Positions 1 to 9,016 of a stretch of DNA of 16,731 bases are shown piece by piece. A program made the position numbers and the translations under genes. Source of the DNA: Octopus sinensis (taxonomy: Eukaryota); contig NW_021825058.1 of NCBI RefSeq assembly GCF_006345805.1, positions 1-16,731 of the forward strand, written 5' to 3'. How positions within the stretch are numbered: position 1 is the first letter of the stretch; every line of letters begins with the position of its first letter. The notes below the pieces were generated by a model. It ran no database searches. It worked only from the letters and a program-made list of their open reading frames with translations, and was not told the origin of the DNA.

Positions 1-71
1 TAGTAGTAGTAGTAGTAGTAGTAGAAATGGCGGTAACGGTGGTGCTCGCAGTCGTAGTAACAACAGCAGCG

Positions 72-105
<34 letters not shown>

Positions 106-117
106 CAGTAGTAGTTC
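1..117. repeat. (TAG)n trinucleotide microsatellite, interrupted
   Basis: Visible TAG tandem runs at 1-24 and about 73-113. Confidence 0.95.
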
Positions 118-379
118 GTAAGGTTGCATGCATTTTTGTTAGTTCCTGCTCTTTTTCCTCTATTCCTCCTCGTGTTTTCAACTAATATTTGCTCACACTA
201 CATATTTGTTTAAGCTTGTTTTCCACATTCAGTAGCCCGAGGAAGGCTGCAGCGAATATTTTTGCTCTCCTTTTAAAAACGGCAGAAAGAAAAATGGTGA
301 CGAAACATTAACGATTTAAGTGTTCTTCAATGATTTACAGTATATCGTTTTATCGTCACAGCATTACATCACTGAGTGC

Positions 380-428
380 TCATATATATATATATATATA
401 CATACATATATATATATATATAGTATTA

Positions 429-500
<72 letters not shown>

Positions 501-688
501 GTATGTATATTCTATATACACATATACATATATATACATATCCATATATATACATATATGTGTGTATAGATATACATATATATATACATACTATGCATAT
601 ATATATATAATAATACATACATATACATATATATATGCATACATATACATACATACATATACATGTATATATGCATACATATACATAC

Positions 689-727
<39 letters not shown>

Positions 728-817
728 TACATATACAGATATATATATATATATTCATAAATATACATATATGTATGCATACACCTACACACACACATAC
801 ACACACACACACACACA

Positions 818-851
<34 letters not shown>

Positions 852-1526
852 CATGTATGTATAAGCGCGTGTGTGTGTGTGTAAATATGTGGTGCATTGG
901 AGACAGTTTGATATATGCATTTACATGTATATACATACGTATGTGATTCTGTGCATATGTTTCTGTATCTGTATGTATATACATGCATAAAATGACTTGC
1001 ATTTACTGTTTATAATATAAATAAAAAGTCTCACTTTGTCTATTTTTACATGCTTGTGTGTGTGTGTGTGGCTCTGTGTGTGTATACCTGTGTGTGTGTA
1101 TGCCTGTGTGTGTGTGCCTGTGTGTGTATGTGTGTATTTATATCTGCTAATATAAATGGATACATACACACACACCCCAATATATATGCATACACACACA
1201 CACATATACATTTGTATATTTGTTTGTGTGTATGCATGCATATCTCAGTATGTATGTATATATATATATCTATATATGCATATATATGCACACACATTTA
1301 CGTACTTGCTAGTATGTGTATATGTATACACACATACAAACACACACACACATATACATACAAATAATTAGTATGTATATACATATTGAAGAATGTGTGT
1401 ATTCTAATGCATATATGTGTATACATATTAATACAAAACAATAATTGTATACATTCACACACTTAAAGTGTATATTTTTTTTACACATATCCATACAAAT
1501 GCATGCAGCAATGTTATTGTGAACAT

Positions 1527-1571
<45 letters not shown>

Positions 1572-1620
1572 ATATCTATATATAATATATATATATATAT
1601 ATTCTATAACTATACGTACT
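380..1620. repeat. Compound (AT)n/(ATAC)n/(AC)n/(GT)n microsatellite region
   Basis: Visible di- and tetranucleotide runs; the overlapping ORFs are only I/Y/H/T/C/V repeats. Confidence 0.95.
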
Positions 1621-1909
1621 ATCGAATATACTGCACATTTCCATTGTTTCATCATATTTTTCAAATATTATTGTCGTCACATTCTCTTCATAATTTTTCT
1701 TTTCTCGGCTAATTATGGAATGCTACTTGAGTCTGAACGTATATATATATATTTTAGATCAATGTATGTGGTTTATATATATACATTAAAGGTAACTATA
1801 ATTGTATAACACCCAGAAACTACGTGTGTGAGAGAAGTGTTCTCATTTTTTTACATCATTTTCTGTGTATTTATTAAAGCATGCCTTATAGCTCTTAGTT
1901 CATAATGGA

Positions 1910-2269
1910 ATATAAATACATGCATATATATCTACATATATATAAGCATATATATATGTATATATATGCATGTACATATATGTATGCATATATACGTATA
2001 TATATATATATATATATGTACAGAGAGGGAAATAAAATACACACACACACGCACATGTATATATAATTTAAAAAAGAAACCAGCTCACTAATTACTGAAT
2101 GTAGTTTGCAGCTCCTAATTGTGTATATGTGTGTGTCTTTGTGACTATAAGCACTACATGCATACATACATATATATGTATGTTATTACATACATAGATA
2201 TATACATATATATATATACACACACAATAATATATATAGTATATACCTATATATATATATACATTATAT

Positions 2270-2305
<36 letters not shown>

Positions 2306-2343
2306 ATATATATAATATATATATATATATATTATATATATAT
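1910..2343. repeat. (AT)n-rich compound microsatellite
   Basis: Visible in sequence. Confidence 0.9.
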
Positions 2344-2349
2344 CTGCAC

Positions 2350-2530
2350 GCATTTTTTTTTCTCCCTGTTTCTTTCTGTGTTTATTTTCTGTGTATCTTT
2401 TGGTTGAAGAGCGTAGGCTCGAAACGTAAAAGACTTGCTTTATTTATATTCCTGAGCGCCATACTAACATAATTGTTTGTTTGTACTCCACCTGCCTTCG
2501 TCTTTGCTTATTTTCATGAAGCTTCCCGTT
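2350..2530 (+). mobile_element. Possible Penelope-like terminal repeat fragment with degenerate hammerhead-like motif
   Basis: TTGAAGA-GCGTAGGCTC-GAAAC-GTA at 2404-2428 resembles the CTGANGA...GAAAC-GTH motif of PLE pseudo-LTRs; both sides are flanked by (AT)n. Confidence 0.35.
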
Positions 2531-2583
2531 ATTTATATATATATTTACATTTACATATATATGCATATGTATATAAATACACA

Positions 2584-2650
2584 TACACGGGGGAGGGGTA
2601 CCCAAAAGAAACCGGAATTGTGCAATATTCTTTTATTTACACAGTTTTAT
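2584..2650 (+). mobile_element. Possible solo Tc1/mariner terminal inverted repeat fragment
   Basis: TACACGGGGGAGGGGTACCCAAAAGAAACCGGAAT resembles recalled mariner TIR starts (TA-CGAGGGG..CCAAAA..AACCGG). No partner TIR or transposase seen. Confidence 0.3.
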
Positions 2651-2670
2651 ATGTTTACACGCATCTCATA

Positions 2671-2963
2671 ACAACAATACGGCACAATTATTGCACCTCA
2701 GTTGGCCCCGCTCTCTTCGACATTACACCAGGGCTCGTCAAAACAGAAACTGACCACACAAAATTCAAGAAGTCTTTGGACAAATTCCTCCAAGCAGTCC
2801 CGGACAGACCACTCACACCCGGATATATCTCCGCAAACACTAACTCTCTTTTCGAATGGGCCTTGGTGCCCAAATCCTGAATTGAAAGACTTCGCCAGGT
2901 GGTTGTATTAAGTTAGACATGGCCTGGGCCAATACTGGCCGAAACCTTTCTAAGTTATTCTAA
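2671..2963 (+). mobile_element. 5'-truncated CR1-group LINE, ORF2 C-terminus plus 3' UTR
   Basis: Translation ...VGPALFDITPGLVKTETDHTKFKKSLDKFLQAVPDRPLTPGYISANTNSL* matches the GP.LFN.LP...FK..LDKFL..PD.P..PGY...NSL pattern of CR1-group ORF2 ends. Stop at 2878-2880, then a CATGGCC/stem-loop/GAAAC 3' end. Confidence 0.8.
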
Positions 2964-3044
2964 CTTATATATTTACATATATATACACATATACATATAT
3001 ATATATATACATATATATTTCTATATATATATATATTTATATTT

Positions 3045-3380
3045 TTTAGTTTCAGTTCAAAGCTGTGGCCATGTTGGAGAACCGCCGTTTTGCTATTCTG
3101 TTATTGTTGAGAGCTTCGTGTAATATGTGGCATTTGGTGACTAAGGGAGTTTGATGTGCTACCCTCATTTTGCCCACTTGCCGCGAGGTAGGTTCATCTG
3201 GGACTCTCGAAAATAGCTACATCTACTTGCGTAGGTCCATCAGGCTTTTTGGAAGCACATTAAAAAGCTGTGGGACCCTGAAACCAATGCTGTTGCAGTA
3301 CGTGGTCCTGAAGCGCGAGGGTATTGCTGGGATCTTTGGCACTTTGCAGTGTCGACACGTTCTGGCATTTGTGTAGCTTA
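3045..3380 (-). mobile_element. 5'-truncated CR1-group LINE, decayed ORF2 C-terminus plus 3' end
   Basis: Minus translation YTNARTCRHCKVPKIPAIPSRFRTTYCNSIGFRVPQLFNVLPKSLMDL, then after stops LFSRVPDEPTSRQ and (frameshift) SNSL. Same motif series as 2671-2880. Confidence 0.8.
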
Positions 3381-3387
3381 ACGGTAA

Positions 3388-3415
3388 AATACACATACAC
3401 CCCCACCACACACGC

Positions 3416-3473
<58 letters not shown>

Positions 3474-3518
3474 TACACTCATTTAAACGCACATACATAT
3501 AGTCACAAACATACATAC

Positions 3519-3570
<52 letters not shown>
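3388..3570. repeat. (CA)n/(AT)n microsatellite
   Basis: Visible in sequence. Confidence 0.95.
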
Positions 3571-3573
<3 letters not shown>

Positions 3574-3574
<1 letters not shown>

Positions 3575-3710
3575 ACTTTGCCTTTCATCCTTTCGGGGTC
3601 GATAAATAAAGTACCAGTTACGCACTAGGGTCGATGTAATCGACTTAATCCCTTTGTCTGTCATTGTTTGTCCCCTCTGTGATTAGCCCCTTGTGGGTAG
3701 TAAAGAAATA
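3574..3710 (+). mobile_element. SINE family M, 3' half (GCCTTTCATCCTTTCGGGGTCGATAAA central domain)
   Basis: Close match to the reverse complement of 5036-5175 and to the units in 9094-9468; ends GTGGGTAGTAAAGAAATA. Confidence 0.9.
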
Positions 3711-3812
3711 TATATATATAAAGAGAGTGAGAGAGAGAGAGAGAGGGGGGTGAGAATGAGAGAGACAGAGAGCGAGAGAATGAGAATGAGAGACAGACAG
3801 ACAGACAGACAA
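3711..3812. repeat. (AT)n/(GA)n/(GACA)n microsatellite
   Basis: Visible in sequence. Confidence 0.9.
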
Positions 3813-4334
3813 AGGGTGTATGCATTCCATCATAGTTTCCGTCTACCCAATTGCTTGGAATTCATTAAGCGGTCGCAGGCAATAAACCGAATCCAGAATC
3901 TTTACGACGGAGCCACGCTTACGATGCAAAGCGAATTTTAATAGAGACGGAGTCACCGGCTGCCACACAGTTTGTTCGGTTTGCTCGTATATATACCTTA
4001 TACTGCACATAGCTCATATTCATATTACGATGGAATCTCTATCAAAATGAATAGATTTGCAACACCAGAAACAAATATTCATCTTGACATATTATACAAT
4101 ATAATATTAAAAAAGAAATATAATTCAAATATAATGAAATGAATATTTATGATCGAGATATAATTTCTTCCTATATATTTCAGTGACAAAAGCTGCGAGA
4201 AAGAAATAATTTAGGCTTTATTTCCATAGAATTAGATCAGATTATATTGTAATGTATGTATTCTATTCGGTTTAAAAATATATACTTCTCAGTGCATTAG
4301 TATGTAAACGCATCAACTTGAAACGCTTGAAGAG

Positions 4335-4879
4335 TTCAATTCAATTCAATTCAATATTTATTTTGCTCAAAAAGCAAAAGCAAGGCCATGTAGGGGGACA
4401 GGGAGTTATGTACAGGGTGGGTGGTCATACAAAGAGTTCAGGCCATTTCTGGTCAAGGGAGACTTCGAACCGAGCGGTCGTCGGCATCTTCACTATCTCG
4501 TCCGGCAGCTTATTCCGCGGATCCGCAACCCGGACGAAGAAAGCTCCTCTCCTTCGATTGAGATGAACTCGTCGCAGATAGAGCTTTTCGGAGTGACCCC
4601 GCAGCCCACGCTCCGGAGCAGGAGTGAAGAACAGCTCTTTCGAGAGGATACACTTTCCGCTTATGATGTTGTGAGCGAGAATGAGATCACCACGGCGTCG
4701 TCATTTTTCGAGAGAATAAAGGTCGAACGTCTTCAGCCTTTCTTCATAAGACAAATACTTGAGACCAAGAACCATGCGGGTAGCCAGCTTCTGGACTCTT
4801 TCGAGATGATGTATGTCTTTGAGGAGAAAAGGAGAAGAGGCTTGAATCCCATACTCCTATATGGGTCTCACCAGCGTGG
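4335..4879 (-). mobile_element. 5'-truncated CR1 LINE: ORF2 C-terminal remnant (4878 to 4425) with two in-frame stops, 3' UTR and (TTGAA)n tail
   Basis: Minus translation [70 protein letters not shown]...LRGHSEKL...FFVRVADPRNKLPDEIV...SLDQKW carries the classic CR1 motifs LVRPHLEY, LERVQ..ATR, SYEERL, RRLRGDLI, RGH..KL. Tail (TTCAA)4 at 4335-4354. Confidence 0.95.
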
Positions 4880-4924
4880 CTCCTTAGTGCGGAAGGAGAA
4901 ATGCTATTGTGTTCAATACCAACC

Positions 4925-4998
4925 GTTGCGACGTAAACACACCAGCACCTGTTGTCAAGCGGTGAAGGGGGACAAACATAGAAACAAATACACACGTA
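4925..4998 (-). mobile_element. Internal fragment of SINE family T
   Basis: GACGTAAACACACCAGCACCTGTTGTCAAGC...GACAAACA matches 6124-6175. Confidence 0.7.
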
Positions 4999-5035
4999 CA
5001 TACATATATGTACGCGAAATTAGCATTAATATATA

Positions 5036-5266
5036 TATTTCTTTACTACCCACAAGGGGCTAAACATAGAGGGGACAAACAAGGACAGGCAAACGGATTA
5101 AGTCGATTGCATCGACCCCAGTGCGTAACTGGTACTTAATTTATCGACCCCGAAAGGATGAAAGGCAAAGTCGACCTCGGCGGAATTTGAACCCAGAACG
5201 TAACGGCAGACGAAATACGACTACGCACTTCGCCCGGTGTACTAACGTTTCTACCAGCTCGCCGCC
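5036..5266 (-). mobile_element. Full-length tRNA-derived SINE, family M
   Basis: Minus strand starts GGCGGCGAGCTGGTAGAAACG (A-box-like), has GGTTCAAATTCC (B box), the central domain and an AAAGAAATA tail. Flanks GCATTAATATAT / GCATTTAATATAT look like a decayed TSD. Confidence 0.92.
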
Positions 5267-5367
5267 CTATGCATTTAATATATCTTATATATTGATCAGT
5301 CTAACTTGCTTATCCCTGCCTTTACTTCTATGTATATAATTATATACGTGCATGCGTATACAGTGTA

Positions 5368-5590
5368 GGCGCGTGGCTTAGTGGTTAGGGTGTCAGTATC
5401 ATGATCGTAAGATTGTGGTTTCAATTCTTGGATTTATTTCACGCTACTCCAGTCCACTCAGCTAGCAAAAATGAGTAACGCTTCGATGGACTGGCGTCCC
5501 GTCCAGCTGGGGAACACATATCCCATAGGAACCGGGAAGCCGGGCCCATGAGTCTGGATAAGCTTTAAAAAGGGTGCATTTAATTTTATG
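5368..5590 (+). mobile_element. tRNA-derived SINE, family C (CORE-like body, internal deletion)
   Basis: GGCGCGTGGCTTAGTGGTTAGG A box, GGTTTCAATTC B box, CCAGTCCACTCAGCT..AAAATGAGTA CORE-like segment, GATGGACTGGCGTCCCGTCCAG. Confidence 0.8.
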
Positions 5591-5635
5591 TGTATATATG
5601 TATATGATGATGATTATACTGATGAAGAATACACA

Positions 5636-5886
5636 CAGATCGTGAGTTCGATTCTAGGCAGCGCGTTGTATCCTTGAGCAAGATACTTTATTTCATTTTA
5701 GTGCAGTCCAGTGAGTTGGCAAAATTGAGTTCTATATGCAAAGCAAAGGGCCAACCTTGACAAGCTCTGTCTTGCTGAATCTCCCTGACAACTATGTTAA
5801 AGGTATGTATGTCTGTGGAGTACTCAACCACATGCGCGTTAATTCCACGAGTAGACTGTTTCGTTGATGGGAACTGCTTGAACTGC
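5636..5886 (+). mobile_element. Truncated, decayed SINE sharing its 3' domain with family R (8071-8453)
   Basis: B box GAGTTCGATTCT and CORE-like segment; 5745-5870 aligns with the reverse complement of about 8110-8243 (AAAGGGCC..CCTTG...GCTGAAT.TCCC.GA.AACTA.GTTAA.GGTA). Confidence 0.75.
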
Positions 5887-5967
5887 GCCATAGGAACCGG
5901 GAAACCGGGCCCATGAGTCTGGCTAAGCTTTAAAAATGGCGCATTTATGTTTTTTATTTTACGTGTA

Positions 5968-6397
5968 TACTCTTACTCTTTACTCTTTTACTTGTTTCAG
6001 TCATTTGACTGCGGCCATGCTGGAGCACCGCCTTTAGTCGAGCAAATCGACCCCGGGACTTATTCTTTTGTAAGCCCAGTACTTATTCTATCGGTCTCTT
6101 TTGCCGAACCACTAGGTGACGGGGACGTAAACACACCAGCATCGGTTGTCAAGCAATGCTAGGGTGACAAACACAGACACACAAACACATACACACACAT
6201 ATACACACACATACATATATACATATATACGACAGGCTTCTTTCAGTTTCCGTCTACCAAATCCACTCACAAGGCATTGGTCGGCCCGGGGCTATAGCAG
6301 AATCCACTTGCCCAAGGTGCCACTTGCCCAAGGTGGACTGAACCTGGAACCATGTGGTTGGTTAGCAAGCTACTTACCACACAGCCACTCCTGCGCC
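5968..6397 (-). mobile_element. Full-length composite tRNA-derived SINE, family T, with internal microsatellite and LINE-like 3' tail
   Basis: Minus head GGCGCAGGAGTGGCTGTGTGGTAAG...GGTTCAGTCC, CACCTTGGGCAAGTG (CORE-like start), internal (AT)/(GT) tract, tail GGCGGTGCTCCAGCATGGCCGCAGTCAAATGACTGAAAC plus (AAGAGTA)-type repeats. Confidence 0.92.
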
Positions 6398-6606
6398 TAC
6401 ATACACTCCTATGTATGTATATGATGATGATTATACTGTTGAAGAATACAGAATTATTCGGTTTCTCTCTCTCTCTCAATATATATCGAGTTGAAAGTCA
6501 AAGAATATTCAGCTCACTCTGTATGAATGTAAAGCTCAAAAGTTAAATTAGGTCATTATAAACGGACATTGATTACGCTACTGCTGGATATTTCATTATT
6601 TACATA

Positions 6607-6925
6607 TTTCAGTTAATTCAGTGCTGTGATGCTGGGGCACAGCCTTGAAGAATTCTTCTAGAACGAGTCCAACTCTGTTGTTGAACCGCTAAGTTACGGA
6701 GACATAAACACACAAACGCAGATTGTCAAACACACACACACACACACACATAGATATATATATATATACGAAGGGCTTCTTTCAATTTCCGTCAATCAAT
6801 CAAATACACTCACAGGGCTTTGGTCTGCCCGGGGCTATAGTAGAAAACACTAGTCTAAGGCGCCAAGCAGTAGGACTGAATCCGGTACCGTGTAGAGAAA
6901 CAAAGTTCTTAACACGCAATCACAA
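6607..6925 (-). mobile_element. Decayed SINE family T copy
   Basis: Colinear with 5990-6390 (GCTTCTTTCA.TTTCCGTC, CACTCACA.GGC.TTGGTC.GCCCGGGGCTATAG, GGACTGAA). Confidence 0.8.
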
Positions 6926-6994
6926 CTCTACTCAACAAAAAGAAAAAAAGGCCGATTTCAAAAGACACTGATCTCATTATTAAAACTTACTGAA

Positions 6995-7161
6995 GGCGGC
7001 TAGCTGGGAGAATCCTTACCGCACAGGACAAAATGCTTAGCAGCATTTCATCCGTCTTTACGTCCTGATTCAAATTCTACCGGATTCAACTTTTATTTTC
7101 ATTCTTTCGAGGTTGATAAATTAAGTACCGGATGAACACTGGTGTCAGTGTAATCCACTTA
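6995..7161 (+). mobile_element. Decayed SINE family M copy
   Basis: GGCGGCTAGCTGG...AAATGCTTAGCAGCATTTC...TTCAAATTC...TTTCATTCTTTCGAGGTTGATAAATTAAGTACC. Confidence 0.85.
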
Positions 7162-7811
7162 TGGCCTTCTATCGGAATGTTAAATCAATCTTAAAAGATA
7201 CTGAGTTTTAATGAAACTGTTTCGTTCAGGTTATTGGACAAGAGATTGCATTCCAAGTACCTGGTTTTAATGTTAATTGTAATGTGTCCCGAATGGATAA
7301 TGGGTTCCCAGAAAATTCGTTATAAAATTAGCTTTTTTCTTTTTTTTTTTTCATATTATGAGATCCAATTCCACTGAGGCCGACTTCTCATTTCAGGCAA
7401 AAATCAAAGACTAAATGTTGATCAGTTTTCACACGAGATCTGTAAACTACCTTTTAAATATTAGGGTTGTTAATGTAATCATCCGCGTAGCTTTATCGAA
7501 TGTAATCCATTAAAACTTGTGTTGATATTTATGGCATTGAAGTTGGCTTCTCATATTTTTTCTTTCCTTTCTGTAATTTCCCAAGAAATTAAAACCTTGC
7601 TTGAAACCTGTTTATATTAAACTGTTTACTTGCTTGCCGGCTTATTGTGTTTGATTTCTATCATTAAAAAATGTGTATTTGAGCCTGTGTTAGCTAGAAA
7701 TCAATGTAATTTTAATTGTTAAGCGTTGCATAGAGAGGATATCGTTCCATATTGTACCAGTCAACAAATTCATCATCTATGCACCTCCGAGGACTCAAAC
7801 GAAAACTTAAT

Positions 7812-8530
7812 CCTTCTCATCTCACTCCATTTTCTTCACCCTCTTATTCCAGAGCGTGTGGTAGGAAAGAGACTCCCCAGGGGCGCCTTCCATCAGGTCC
7901 TGTCAAAAGTAACCCTCTCCAATCGATCCGGCTGGATCCCAACCGAGAGAAACCGAGGTCATGGACGTTACCCAATCATCTTCCTTGTAGTCTGTCCCTG
8001 GGTCCCCTATCGGGTGGTCCTTGCCCGTAAAAGATTCCACTGATTTTTTCCCGTGGACCTCTTGCCACATTGGAAGCACCCCGTCGGTTACGACGATGAG
8101 GGTTCCGGTTGATCCGATCAACGGAACAGCCTGCTCGTGAAATTAACGTGTAAGTGGCTGAGCACTCCGCAGACACGTGTACCCTTAACGTAGTTCTCGG
8201 GGATATTCAGCGTGACACAGAGAGTGACAAGGCCGGCCCTTTGAAATACAGGTACAACAGAAACAGGAAGTAAGAGTGAGAGAAAGTTGTGGTGAAAGAG
8301 TACAGCAGGGATCACCACCATCCCCTGCCGGAGCCTCGTGGAGCTTTAGGTGTTTTCGCTCAATAAACACTCACAACGCCCGGTCTGGGAATCGAAACTG
8401 CGATCATATGACCGCGAGTCCGCTGCCCTAACCATTGGGCCATTGCGCCTCCACTCTTGCCACATGTCCGTAGTATCAGACCTGAGATTTCTCAATTCGG
8501 TGAAGTGGTTGTTCTACGAAGAGCAGCTCT
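7812..8530 (-). mobile_element. Decayed RTE-clade LINE 3' fragment, split by a SINE (LINE parts about 7812-8070 and 8454-8530)
   Basis: Minus translation ELLFVEQPLHRIEKSQV*YYGHVAR | ...RGPRDRLQGR*LGNVHDLGFSRLG / IQPDRLERVTFDRT*WK matches RTE ORF2 motifs (QLRW.GHV.RM, RPRGRP..RW, DR..W). Confidence 0.8.
8071..8453 (-). mobile_element. Full-length tRNA-derived SINE, family R, with perfect 12-bp TSD
   Basis: Minus head GGAGGCGCAATGGCCCAATGGTTAGGGCAGCGGACTCGCGGTC...GTTTCGATTCCC (A and B boxes). TSD CTCTTGCCACAT at 8059-8070 and 8454-8465. Confidence 0.93.
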
Positions 8531-8730
8531 GCCAAAAGCGCCTCTCTGTTCTACGAGCTATGCAATTTATCAAGAAATATTTCCCTCCAAATCCCTTTGG
8601 ATGACCCCCCCCCCCCAACTTGGCCCCTTATGCTGGTATTTGTATTTTTTCGCTTATTATCGAAAGTCAGCCTAACAAAACTCGAACCTACGTTAGAAAA
8701 GAGTGTTAGACAAGATATTCTGTTATCGGC

Positions 8731-8935
8731 TTAAATTTTGACACGAGGTCAGCAATATCTGGGAGGGTTAGTCGATTACATTAACCCCAGGGATCAAATG
8801 CTACTTAATTCATGGCACCTAAAAAATGAAAGGTAAAGTCGGACTCGGCAGAATTCGAACCCAAACCGTAAAGATAGACGAACTGCCGCTAAGCATTTTG
8901 CTGGACGTGCTCATGGTTTGGCCATCCCGCTGTCT
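8731..8935 (-). mobile_element. Decayed SINE family M copy (alternative tail)
   Basis: ATGAAAGGTAAAGTCG...GAATTCGAACCC...CCGCTAAGCATTTTG is colinear with 5100-5266. Confidence 0.8.
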
Positions 8936-9016
8936 TGAATTGCAATTATCCCCACGTGGTGTGTTGGAATATATATAAGAAATTAAAAAAGGAAAATACA
9001 CTTTACATAGTTTATA

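Noticed and set aside
320-2472. Many 60-120 aa ORFs rich in I/Y/H/T/C/V (also at 12718-14276)
   Set aside because: They are translations of dinucleotide and tetranucleotide microsatellites, open in several frames on both strands.
4563-5063. 166-aa plus-strand ORF
   Set aside because: It is the antisense shadow of the CR1 ORF2 remnant and runs into SINE sequence.
5368-5435. tRNA-like sequences (also 8385-8453 and 6330-6397)
   Set aside because: They have A/B boxes but no complete cloverleaf, and they continue into SINE bodies: SINE heads, not tRNA genes.
5619-5660. CTGATGA as a possible hammerhead core
   Set aside because: No stem II or GAAA follows, and the duplicate at about 6436 reads CTGTTGA.
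7230-7445. Possible small exons after TTCAG acceptors (VIGQEIAFQVPG...; KNQRLNVDQFSHEI)
   Set aside because: Weak donors, unrecognised peptides, and the second overlaps a SINE-like remnant; unsupported without RNA data.
7726-8604. Cluster of GC-richer ORFs
   Set aside because: Fully explained by the RTE remnant and the inserted SINE.
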